This document shows positions 53,354 through 62,013 of a stretch of 64,000 bases of DNA, in pieces. Origin of the DNA: an uncultured Gemmatimonadales bacterium (GTDB lineage Bacteria > Gemmatimonadota > Gemmatimonadetes > Gemmatimonadales > Gemmatimonadaceae); NCBI GenBank assembly GCA_963793305.1, contig CAWBZV010000003.1, forward strand, positions 864,001 to 928,000, given 5' to 3'. How positions within the stretch are numbered: position 1 is the first letter of the stretch; every line of letters starts with the position of its first letter. The position numbers and the translations under genes were made by a program. The notes under the pieces are model-generated. The model saw only the letters and a program-made list of their open reading frames with translations, ran no database searches and was not told the DNA's origin.

Positions 53354-53984
53354 TACCGGCACTCGCCCTAGCGCGACTAACCAGTCGGGGCGACAGCGCG
53401 TTCTCGCGCTCCTTCGCCAGCGTGGAGTCATACGGTCTCGCGATCTCGGCCCGCGTGGCCTCGATACCAAGCTCCTTACGCGTCTCGAGCGCGAGGGGAG
53501 CATCGAGCGCCGCGCCCGTGGAATCTACACGCTGTCAGACGCCGACCTTGGTGAGCGTGAAACGCTTCTTGAGTTGGCGGCTCGCGTACCACACGGTGTG
53601 GCTTGTCTCCTCACTGCGCTCAGCTTCCACAAGCTTACGACGCAGAATCCGGCGAAAGTGTGGCTGGCTGTCGAGCGCGATGCTCGGGCACCCCGGGCTC
53701 AAGATCTCCCCCTCCGCATCATTCGCATGTCAGACCCTGCTTTTCGTGCCGGCATTGAAACCCATCGCATCAATGGCGTCCGGGTTCGTGTCTACGACGC
53801 GGCCAAGACTGTCGTCGATTGTTTCAAGTTCCGCAACAAGGTCGGTCTCAACGTCGCGATCGAAGCACTGCGGGACTATCTCCGTCGACGTGGCACAACG
53901 ACGGATGCGCTATGGCGGTACGCCCGCATTGATCGGGTGGCGAACATCATGCGGCCTTACATCGAGGCGGTGGTCGGACCATGA
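53343..53984 (+). CDS. abiEi: Type IV TA antitoxin AbiEi (wHTH transcriptional regulator)
   Basis: N-terminal wHTH ending RGIY; CLLTALSFHKLTTQNP; KTVVDCFKFRNKVG. Confidence 0.9.
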   Translation: MRTFTGTRPSATNQSGRQRVLALLRQRGVIRSRDLGPRGLDTKLLTRLEREGSIERRARGIYTLSDADLGERETLLELAARVPHGVACLLTALSFHKLTTQNPAKVWLAVERDARAPRAQDLPLRIIRMSDPAFRAGIETHRINGVRVRVYDAAKTVVDCFKFRNKVGLNVAIEALRDYLRRRGTTTDALWRYARIDRVANIMRPYIEAVVGP

Positions 53985-54904
53985 CCGTCTCGAAACCGAA
54001 GAACCTGGCGGCTTCCGTGAGCCAGCGCCTGCGGAACCTGGCGAGGGCTGACGGCTCGGACTACCAGCGCATCCTGGAGCGCTACGCCGGCGAGCGGCTT
54101 CTGTATCGGCTCCAACACACGACCGGCGGTGATCGGTTCATACTGAAAGGCGCGGCCCTATGGGTGGTGTGGGAGGGTGCACCGCGCAGACCCACGCGTG
54201 ACGTGGATCTTCTCGGGCCTGGTCGTGGCACACCCGGCGCGATGCGCGAGACGTTCCGCAACGCCTGTACTGTGGATGTGGTCCCTGATGGCCTATCGTT
54301 CGACCCGGCAACCGTGGATGCTGCGGTGATCCGCGAGGATCAGGATTACGAGGGGCTGCGCATCACAATGGTCGCGCAGCTCCGGCGCGCCGTAATTCCC
54401 GTTCAAGTCGACATCGGATTTGGCGATGCGGTTACACCGGCGCCGATTGCGGCTGTGCTGCCGCCCTTGCTCGACTACCCCGCGGTAGAGATGCGCGTAT
54501 ATCCCGTGGAGACTGTGGTGGCTGAGAAGTTCGAGGCCATGGTCAAGCGCGGGCTGTCGAACACGCGCATGAAAGATTTTTATGATCTATTCATTCTTTC
54601 TGAGACTCGAGCCTTCGACGTCGCGACTCTCCGCCTGGCAATTTCGCGCACCTTCGAGAAGCGCGGCACGCCGTTGCCTGCGACTGAGCTGCCCGTTGCA
54701 CTCACCCCGGCGTTCGCAGCTGACAAGGGTTCACAGTGGCTGAGTTTTCTCGAAAAGAACGAGCTGAGGGACGTGCCCCGTGATCTTTGGTTCGTCGTCG
54801 ACAGGCTGCGCATCTTTCTTGATCCTGTCGCGACGAACGACGGCCATGCACAGAGTGTTCGAGGCTCCTGGCGACGCAGCGGTTGGGGAGGTGACGGAAC
54901 GTGA
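53981..54904 (+). CDS. abiEii: Type IV TA toxin AbiEii nucleotidyltransferase
   Basis: FILKGA, RPTRDVDL, AEKFEAM, TRMKDFYD; ATGA-coupled to abiEi. Confidence 0.92.
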   Translation: MTVSKPKNLAASVSQRLRNLARADGSDYQRILERYAGERLLYRLQHTTGGDRFILKGAALWVVWEGAPRRPTRDVDLLGPGRGTPGAMRETFRNACTVDVVPDGLSFDPATVDAAVIREDQDYEGLRITMVAQLRRAVIPVQVDIGFGDAVTPAPIAAVLPPLLDYPAVEMRVYPVETVVAEKFEAMVKRGLSNTRMKDFYDLFILSETRAFDVATLRLAISRTFEKRGTPLPATELPVALTPAFAADKGSQWLSFLEKNELRDVPRDLWFVVDRLRIFLDPVATNDGHAQSVRGSWRRSGWGGDGT

Positions 54905-55056
54905 TCGATCAAGACGCGACTTTGGACGAAATTCGACAGGCTGGCGTCGACGCACTGTTGCGGGCGCTTGGTCCGGTCGGCATGGTGCGCTTCCTCCAGC
55001 AGTACACGCGTGGGATGTTTTCGAACCCTGGTTTGCTCATGTACGCGATGAGTTAG
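54901..55056 (+). CDS. Small 51-aa ORF, probably a truncated antitoxin-like protein
   Basis: GTGA overlap with the abiEii stop; MIDQDATLDEIRQAGVDALLRALGPVGMVRFLQQYTRG... Confidence 0.55.
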   Translation: MIDQDATLDEIRQAGVDALLRALGPVGMVRFLQQYTRGMFSNPGLLMYAMS

Positions 55057-55264
55057 TCAGCAAAGCCGCCGGCTAGGAAAGCCCTCAAGAAAACGGAAGC
55101 TCGCTGAGCAGCGGGGTAAGCGCGTGATATGCCGTCAACCACTGCCTTCGCGGGGGGCAGTGCTTGACCGTATCGAAGCGATGGCTGGCTACACCGACAA
55201 AAATGCCCGGCTAATTTGTCGAGCCTGCGACGACGAAACGCAGGCCGGTCGCGGGTTCGCGTAA
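55012..55264 (+). pseudogene. Remnant of an HNH-like/zinc-binding protein
   Basis: Fragments VFEPWFAHVRDEL, KPPARKALKK and RKLAEQRGKRVICRQPLPSRGAVLDRIEAMAGYTDKNARLICRACD in different frames. Confidence 0.45.
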
Positions 55265-55415
55265 CAGCTGCCTCGTGCCAGCGGAGCTGGAGGGGGCCCT
55301 CGGCGATTCCGAAGCAGTCCCACGCAGGCTCGCATGTCGGGAAACTCCGGCGCCGACGCCCAGTTTCCTGCGAAAGTACGGCAAATTGTCAGTTTGTAAG
55401 TGCTTTAGCGAGAGA

Positions 55416-55459
55416 CTGTTAACCGGGAGATCGCTGGTTCAAATCCAGCCGCCCCAGTT
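55416..55459 (+). repeat. attR: displaced 3' fragment of tRNA-Asn
   Basis: 44/44 identity to 53060-53103, beginning at the anticodon loop. Confidence 0.95.
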
Positions 55460-55603
55460 GTAATTCTCGATCAGTCAGTGAGTTAAGGCGTACGCCTGAC
55501 GGCGACCGCGTGCGGAACCCAACGCCCCAATCCGACATCCACAGGGGTCATGCCCCAGCCATACCCGATCGGAGCGCGTGCGAATGGGCTCACTCAAGGC
55601 GGA

Positions 55604-55889
55604 TCATTCCTGCAACTCAATGCTCACTTGCGTTCCCGCTGAGCGAAGACCCTCGATCAGCTCGCGAAATCGCTCGACGATCGCAAGAGTCGGTTCGCCC
55701 ATCCTGGATGTGCCGAGCACAACGATGTCGTACGGAGGGCTGACGGCATTGATGTCGCCTACGGCTATGGAGTCGCGCAGAGCATTGAAATTGTGTCCGT
55801 GCGACGGCGGAGCGCCGACTGCCTCGAGGAATGCACCGTAGAAATCTTCCGCGTTTTCCAACGAGCGCCATCCAGCAGCAACGTCGGCA
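55604..55889 (-). CDS. Barstar-family protein, start probably lost
   Basis: EDFYGAFLEAVGAPPSHGHNFNALRDSI resembles the barstar G.N.DAL.D motif; no convincing start outside higA. Confidence 0.6.
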
Positions 55890-56192
55890 CTACGCCGCGC
55901 GGCGGCGCTTAATGCGCTTGGCTTCATCTGGTGGGAGGTTCTGGCGAGCCATCTTCAGGTCGTAGTGCATCTGCAGATTCAGCCAGAACTCAGGCGTGTT
56001 GCCAAAGTACAAGGCGAGCCGCAATGCCGTGTCGGCGGTAATGCGACGGCGATTGTTGACGATCTCAGCGATCCGATTCGGAGAGATCCCGATCGCCTTG
56101 GCCAGTTGATTCTGTGACAGGCCATACTCGACCAGGAATTCTTCTTTCAGCATCTCGCCCGGTGTAACGGGCGCAAAGTCGCTCGCGCTCAT
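55890..56192 (-). CDS. higA: HigA antitoxin (Xre HTH)
   Basis: PGEMLKEEFL, ITADTALRL, FWLNLQ. Confidence 0.93.
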   Translation of the reverse strand: MSASDFAPVTPGEMLKEEFLVEYGLSQNQLAKAIGISPNRIAEIVNNRRRITADTALRLALYFGNTPEFWLNLQMHYDLKMARQNLPPDEAKRIKRRRAA

Positions 56193-56203
56193 CGTGTTAC
56201 TCG

Positions 56204-56482
56204 CTAGTGATAGTCAACGATCGCTACGTCGTACGCGTCGCCGTCGAGCCACCTGAAGACCACCCGCCATTGGTCGTTGATCCGAATCGAATATAGGGAC
56301 TCCGCGGAGCCCTTGAGTTTCTCGGGCCGGTTCGATGGCGGTATGCGCAGATCATCCAGACGAGCGGCCGCGTGGATTGCCTCGAGTTTCCGTTTCGCGC
56401 GTCGCGCGATATCGCCATATGCTGTCACGATCCGGTCGTGGAAGAGCGACTCGGTTCGCTTATCGCCGAACGAGCGAATCAT
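56204..56482 (-). CDS. higB: HigB toxin (RelE-family, plasmid maintenance killer)
   Basis: MIRSFGDK, DLRIPPSN, SIRINDQWRVVF, IVDYH; toxin upstream of antitoxin. Confidence 0.93.
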   Translation of the reverse strand: MIRSFGDKRTESLFHDRIVTAYGDIARRAKRKLEAIHAAARLDDLRIPPSNRPEKLKGSAESLYSIRINDQWRVVFRWLDGDAYDVAIVDYH

Positions 56483-56510
56483 GGTAAATATACCGTGTCC
56501 CGGTATGCGG

Positions 56511-56882
56511 TCAAGCGGCTGCGTCCTCGCCAAAGGCTTCGGCCAGCAAGACACGCTGGGCTCTGGGTTTGAAACTGTGGGGACCCCAACCCTCATGCTC
56601 ATACTCCGGACATGGGAAGCGTTCGAAAACGGTCTCGGTCACGTGTCGGGAATCTGGGTGGCAGCAGAGGCTCCAGTCGTAGTTGAATGGAGCAAAGAAT
56701 GCGCAACCGCCGCATTGTTCGCCGCTCTCATACCGCTGCCGGACATCGGGTTCGGTCGGCCATCCGTCGAAGTAAAGCTCACGCGATCCAGGGCTCGACC
56801 AGGAGTCGCGGACGACAGCGTTTGTGTTGGCTAGGTCTCGCCGCATTGCGTCAAACATCTCCAGCGCCACGAGCCTCTGCAA
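56511..56882 (-). CDS. Cys-rich hypothetical protein (DUF3027-like pattern)
   Basis: QCGGCAFF...DWSLCC...VFERFPC. Confidence 0.5.
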   Translation of the reverse strand: MQRLVALEMFDAMRRDLANTNAVVRDSWSSPGSRELYFDGWPTEPDVRQRYESGEQCGGCAFFAPFNYDWSLCCHPDSRHVTETVFERFPCPEYEHEGWGPHSFKPRAQRVLLAEAFGEDAAA

Positions 56883-57386
56883 CGCTCAATACCGCGCGGT
56901 GGTGTTCGCACCGCCGGATCTGACATCAGCGTTGCTCCGCGCCTTCACCAACGGCACCCCGAGCGACGAGGCTCGCGCAATCGGGCCTCAACCTGTCTGA
57001 TCGCCCGGTGCACGAACAGGCGATCGACTACGCCGGCTTCACGTAAGGCCGGATCTGAGCCGTCTACGCTGCGCCGACTCCTGAGGTAGGGGGCCGTTCG
57101 TCGAGAGACGCTGCAGCTCAGTTGTGCGTTGTCGGCGGTTGCAGCGTCCGGACGACGAAGCTCGGCCCGGGCGATTGGAGCGCACAATCTTTCAAGACAG
57201 AGCCCCCGCAGTCGCGCATCATGGGACCCATGCGCGAGCTCAGACGATCCGATCACGCCCGCGCAGCAACGGCGTAACTTCGCCCTGATCGCAGGAGGAG
57301 CGCCCCTCGCCTCCGTAACGTGTCGCAGTGCACGGACATCGGTAGTCAGCGATCCAACCTCAATCAAGATCGGAAAGGACAATGCC

Positions 57387-57899
57387 ATGAATAATGTGAG
57401 AATGTACGCGGGATGCATTGCCGTCCTACTTTGCGGCCTTGCCTCTCACGCGTCGGCGCAGGACGCGGAACCCACATTCAACTCCAATGCCGATGACGTC
57501 ATGAAGATTCGTGGCGTAGTGGAGGAGTTCCGTCTGGACGTCATTCGCAAAGACGGATACGCCCTAACGAAGCTCGTGCTGAACCCTAATGTGCTCTTTC
57601 ATCACACGAACACCCAGGAAGAGATGGACAGCGTCCGCAAATATGACGCTCAGTTCGATGGCATTGGCTCGAGCCAGCTCGATGGATTTGCGAAGCTCCT
57701 CGCTACGTCGAAGGACAAACTCGAAGAACGATTCCGCAACATCGCGATTCACCAAGACGGTCCTCTCGGCCTGGTGACATTCAATTACGATTTTGTCATC
57801 AACGACAAGGTTCACCATTCCGGCCTCGAGGCCTGGCAGGTGTGCAAAATTGATGGGCAGTGGAAGATCCTGTCCGTTGCCTGGACAATCTATCGATAG
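57387..57899 (+). CDS. Secreted NTF2/SnoaL-like protein
   Basis: Signal peptide ending ASA; FNYDFVIND..SGLEAWQVCKIDGQWKILSV. Confidence 0.8.
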   Translation: MNNVRMYAGCIAVLLCGLASHASAQDAEPTFNSNADDVMKIRGVVEEFRLDVIRKDGYALTKLVLNPNVLFHHTNTQEEMDSVRKYDAQFDGIGSSQLDGFAKLLATSKDKLEERFRNIAIHQDGPLGLVTFNYDFVINDKVHHSGLEAWQVCKIDGQWKILSVAWTIYR

Positions 57900-57906
57900 G
57901 AAGCCA

Positions 57907-58833
57907 ATGTCCGTTTTTCGGTACGTCCGTCTCGATGTTTTTACGAATCAGCCATTCACCGGCATCCAGCTGGCAGTGCTCCCCAATGCGGCGGGACTCG
58001 ACGAGCGGCGGATGCAGCAGATCGCCAGTGAAATGGCGCTCCCCGAAACCACGTTCGTGTTTCCTCCCGAAACTCCCGAGACCATCGCGCGGGTTCGCAT
58101 TTTCACTCCATCGCGAGAGCTACCGATGGCCGGGAGTCCGACGATTGGAACGGCGTTTGCGCTCGCCGGTGCGAGGCGACTGCGTGCGAGCGCTGATAAG
58201 GCCGTGTTCGGCCTTGGCATAGGACCAACGACCGTGGGACTCGAATGGGATCAGCACGCCTTGCGCTTTGCCTGGATGACCCAACCGATTCCCACATTCG
58301 GACCCATCCTCACCGACAGCGTTGCGGTTGCCGCGGCAGTCGGAGTGCAACCGGGCGACCTTGCAGGCGGAACCTTGCCGGTGCAAGTCGTGTCGTCCGG
58401 AGTTCCCTTTCTGTACGTTCCACTACGTTCGCGCGCGGCCGTCGATGCGGCATCCATCGAGCGTGGAAGGTTGTGCGCGGTACTCCGCTCCGTGGATCGC
58501 GAAGAGCTCCCGGTATTTGTATTCTCGTGCCAGCCGGCGAACGATGATGCGACGGTGTACAGTCGCATGTTCGGGCCCTGCATCGGCATTCCGGAGGATC
58601 CAGGCACCGGCGCCGCTGGCGGGCCACTGGGCGCGTATCTCCTGCGGTACAACGCCGTGTCCACCGACAACGCCTCGAGGCTGGTGAGCGTTCAGGGCGT
58701 CCGCATGGGACGGCCAAGTCGCATTCACATAGCGCTCTCAGCCCGCGGCGGAGTTCTCGAAGAAGTGCGGGTCGGCGGCGAGGCAGTGGTTGTCGGCGAA
58801 GGAACGGTCGTCGATCAGCCGGCTGCCGATTGA
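57907..58833 (+). CDS. PhzF-family isomerase with substituted motifs
   Basis: DVFTNQPF, ETTF, VRIFTP, EDPGTG, QGVRMGRPS. Confidence 0.85.
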   Translation: MSVFRYVRLDVFTNQPFTGIQLAVLPNAAGLDERRMQQIASEMALPETTFVFPPETPETIARVRIFTPSRELPMAGSPTIGTAFALAGARRLRASADKAVFGLGIGPTTVGLEWDQHALRFAWMTQPIPTFGPILTDSVAVAAAVGVQPGDLAGGTLPVQVVSSGVPFLYVPLRSRAAVDAASIERGRLCAVLRSVDREELPVFVFSCQPANDDATVYSRMFGPCIGIPEDPGTGAAGGPLGAYLLRYNAVSTDNASRLVSVQGVRMGRPSRIHIALSARGGVLEEVRVGGEAVVVGEGTVVDQPAAD

Positions 58834-59693
58834 ACGGCTGGCTTCGTCCCGCTGGCTAGACATCGCCATCGCCCAGGTGACATCCCGTAGGCATTGCGGA
58901 AGTGACGTGTGAAATGCGACTGATCCGCAAAGCCGCATTCGAGTGCAGCGTCGGCGAGCCGCGCGCCTGCGGCCATGCGCCGGCGTGCCTGCTCGAGGCG
59001 GCGCAGCATATGAAACCGATAGGGGCTGACACCGAACGCCCGGCGAAATTGCCGGGCCAGTTCCCACCGGCTCAAGTTCGCAATGCTCTCCAGCTCGGCC
59101 ATGGACATTCGTTCGCCGTTGCATGCGAGCAATGCGTCGCGCACCGCATGCAGGCTGGCCAGTCGAAGACGCACCGCTGACGGGAGACTCGAACCCGCGA
59201 GCCGCCAGAGTGCGTCGGTCAGCGCGGCAATGGCACACGTCGCTGCAACGTCATCGCTCAGGTCGTCCGCAAGCGACAGGATGGCCTCGACCGTCTGCAC
59301 AAATCGAGGGTCGTCGACGATCGGCGTGCGGACGAACGGGAGGCAGCGCCCATGGCTCGCCGCGAGAATCAGCGAAGGCGCGATATACGCGATCCCGTAT
59401 CCGAACCCGCGCTCGTCTCCGGCGCGACCATCGTGCGCCTCATCGGGATGAATCACGAACGCGCATCCGCCGATACTGTGCCGCGCCGCGCCGCGATACC
59501 TGAAGATCTGAACCCCCAGCGCGGTGGCGCCAATGGCATACGTGTCGTGCCGGTGGGATGAGAAGGCATGTCCGAAGAGCATCGCTCGCATCGTCTCAAT
59601 GCCCGGCGCGGCGCGTGTGGTGACGACGAAGCTCGACCCTGGCGATTGAAGCGCACGATCTTTCAAGACATCACCTCCGCAGTCGCGCATCAT
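58815..59693 (-). CDS. AraC-family transcriptional regulator
   Basis: Cupin HRHDTY..HPDEAHDG; C-terminal GFADQSHFTRHF..YGMSPG. Confidence 0.92.
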   Translation of the reverse strand: MMRDCGGDVLKDRALQSPGSSFVVTTRAAPGIETMRAMLFGHAFSSHRHDTYAIGATALGVQIFRYRGAARHSIGGCAFVIHPDEAHDGRAGDERGFGYGIAYIAPSLILAASHGRCLPFVRTPIVDDPRFVQTVEAILSLADDLSDDVAATCAIAALTDALWRLAGSSLPSAVRLRLASLHAVRDALLACNGERMSMAELESIANLSRWELARQFRRAFGVSPYRFHMLRRLEQARRRMAAGARLADAALECGFADQSHFTRHFRNAYGMSPGRWRCLASGTKPAVQSAAG

Positions 59694-59699
59694 GGGGCC

Positions 59700-60054
59700 A
59701 TGCGCGAGATCCGCCGATTCATCCGGTTCGCCTATAATGGTAGCCCGGCGTATGGGCTCCTGACCAACAATGCCGTCGAGGAGCTGAAAGGGCCACCGTT
59801 TCAATCAGTCGAGCCAACTACGCGAGCCATCGCCGGCATGTCGAGAAAGAACAGGGGATCTTTTGTGATGGTCGCTGGTCGACCTGCACCGAGCGATAGT
59901 CCGGTGGTCTTCGCCAAGTTCCCGACCAGCCTCATCCCACGGAGATGTCGTCTTCACCGGGACGCCTGGCCAGACGCAGCGGGTGCGAAAAGGCAATGTG
60001 ATCGAGGTCGCCATTGAGCACGTCGGCACGTTACGCAATCGCGTTGCCGGCTGA
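59700..60054 (+). pseudogene. Fumarylacetoacetate-hydrolase-family remnant with a large internal deletion
   Basis: N-terminal ...PVVFAKFPTSLI joined out of frame to C-terminal GDVVFTGTPG...IEHVGTLRNRV. Confidence 0.75.
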
Positions 60055-60057
60055 GAC

Positions 60058-60531
60058 GTGAGTATCGAGAGCGTTCGGGCATTCCTGGCTCAACACGCGC
60101 CTGATGTGGTCGTGATTGACCTTGATCGCCCGAGTGAGACGAGCTGGCTCTCCGCAGCATTTCGGGTCGAGCCGGCGCAGATTGCCAAGTCCCTCGTCTT
60201 GCGGATCGCCGATCGACAGGACGTCATCTTGATGGCCTGCGGTGATGCCAGGGTCGACAACACCAAGGTAAAGGTTGTCTTCGGTGGCAAGGCGCGCTTC
60301 GTGGCGGCCGAGGAGGCCGCCGTTCTCACGGGTCACGTGCCTGGTGGCATGTGTCCCTTCGGGCTGATATCGTCGTTGCCGATCTATTGCGATCTGCAGT
60401 TGAAGCGCTTCAATGTCGTTGTGACCGGTGGTGGCGCGACGCACCGCGCCGTCATCATCGATCCGCTGCGCATGGCGGCAATCACTGGCGCCGAGTGGGT
60501 CGACGTGTGCGGCCAACGTGTGAGCGGATGA
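60058..60531 (+). CDS. YbaK/EbsC family aminoacyl-tRNA deacylase-like protein
   Basis: QIAKSLV, TGHVPGGMCPFG. Confidence 0.9.
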   Translation: MSIESVRAFLAQHAPDVVVIDLDRPSETSWLSAAFRVEPAQIAKSLVLRIADRQDVILMACGDARVDNTKVKVVFGGKARFVAAEEAAVLTGHVPGGMCPFGLISSLPIYCDLQLKRFNVVVTGGGATHRAVIIDPLRMAAITGAEWVDVCGQRVSG

Positions 60532-60544
60532 CCGAGGGAACACT

Positions 60545-60967
60545 ATGTCTGATTTCGTCACCTACCGCGGCGCGATCCTCCCCTGGCACTGCGACCACAT
60601 GGGTCACATGAACGTCATGTGGTACGTTGGAAAATTCAATGAAGCGACCTGGAATCTCTTCGCGCACATCGGGCTGACCCCGTCGTATTTCCGCGGCGAG
60701 CCGTTCGGAATAGCTGGTGTCCAGCAGAATATCAGGTATCAGCACGAGCTCATGGCCGGGGATGTCATCGAGATTCGGAGCCACCTGGTCGACGTACGTG
60801 AACGCCGTATTCAGTTCATTCATACAATGCGCAACGCCGAGACTGATCAGATCGCCGCGGTGTGCGATTTGACGACGGTGCACTTTGATCGGCGTGTGCG
60901 GAAGGCGTGCCCGTTCCCGGAAGCTGTGCGAGTGGCTGCCGAGCGACTTATTCTCTCAAACTCCTGA
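60545..60967 (+). CDS. 4HBT-like hot-dog thioesterase
   Basis: CDHMGHMNVMWY motif. Confidence 0.88.
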   Translation: MSDFVTYRGAILPWHCDHMGHMNVMWYVGKFNEATWNLFAHIGLTPSYFRGEPFGIAGVQQNIRYQHELMAGDVIEIRSHLVDVRERRIQFIHTMRNAETDQIAAVCDLTTVHFDRRVRKACPFPEAVRVAAERLILSNS

Positions 60968-61077
60968 CCATGTTGGGGCGACCTGAGCCGTCGACGCGGG
61001 TAGCCAGAGGGTGAATACGCTGCCGTCCCCGACATCGCGCGTCGAGCCGCGTGGCACATTGAACGGCCTACCGGTGC

Positions 61078-61846
61078 TCAGTCTCCCCGGAACGCCGTCA
61101 TCGGATCAACTCTCGTGGCACGTCGGGCGGGGAGGGAGCACGCGGTCAGCGAGACCATGGTAATGATGACGATCGCGCCAACGAGGATGCTCGGGGGCAG
61201 GTCCGGGACTCCGAACAGGACCGCTTGCATCGCCCGACCGGCGCCCTGTGCGCCGATCACTCCGACCACAGTACCCGCGGCCACAAGCGAAGGTCGATCG
61301 AGAGGAATTGTTGGAGGATGTGCCGCGGCTGTGCCCCGAGCGCCATCCGCAAGCCGATCTCTCGTTGTCGCTGACTGACCGCGTAACTGACGACCCCGTA
61401 GGTGCCGATCGCCGCCAGCAGGAGCGCGACGGCGGCGAAGATACCGGCGAGTATGGCGGGCGAGCGACGCGCCACGAGACTCTCGTCGATGCGGGATTGC
61501 ATCGCTCGCAGATCATCGATCGGGAGCTGCCGGTCCAGTTGGACCACGACGTTCCGCACCATGGGCGCCATCACCGCCGCCGGAAGCGTCGAGCGGACGA
61601 CCAGGGCGAACGATCGGTTCGCCTCGAGCGCGTAGGGCACATACACCGCGCCGTAGCCGCTGCGCTCGGACAGATCGTCTTGCTTCACGCTCGTGACGAC
61701 GCCGACAATGGTGACAGCCCGCGCGGTATCGAAATAGGGGTTGTCCAGCGTCAGCCGGTGCCCCAACGGATCGGCGCCCGGCCAGTACCGCTCGGCGAAA
61801 TCCTGGTCGATGACGCAGACGGCGGGCGCGCGGTGGTTGTCCGCTG
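61078..61846 (-). pseudogene. C-terminal fragment of an ADOP/MacB-FtsX ABC permease, 5'-truncated and frameshifted near 61288
   Basis: LLLAAIGTYGVVSYAVSQRQREIGLRMALGA, then PARRATRVDPM in another frame; no N-terminal half. Confidence 0.8.
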
Positions 61847-62013
61847 CGACTATGAGAGAGAGATGACAATCCTCTAATGTGGTCAGCGCGCCCTTTCTCC
61901 ATGCCGTTCGAATTCTACATTGACCGCATGAGATGCCTGAATCGGGAGCGAAGCCGAACATGCCGGACATTCAGCCGGATATAACGAAATCTTCGGCACG
62001 ACCAACCAATCGT

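Larger units (their letters stand above)
53060..55459. mobile_element. tRNA-Asn-integrated mini genomic island without integrase (44-bp att direct repeats)
   Basis: CTGTTAACCGGGAGATCGCTGGTTCAAATCCAGCCGCCCCAGTT is identical at 53060-53103 and 55416-55459. Confidence 0.9.

Noticed and set aside
55416..55459. Second tRNA-Asn gene
   Set aside because: The 5' half (acceptor 5' strand, D arm, 5' anticodon stem) is absent, so it is an att fragment
55460..57380. Integron cassette array (higBA, barstar and small ORFs; attC-like GCAGCTCAGTTGTGCGTT near 57113-57130)
   Set aside because: Could not find paired RYYYAAC/GTTRRRY ends with complementary arms, and no intI is present
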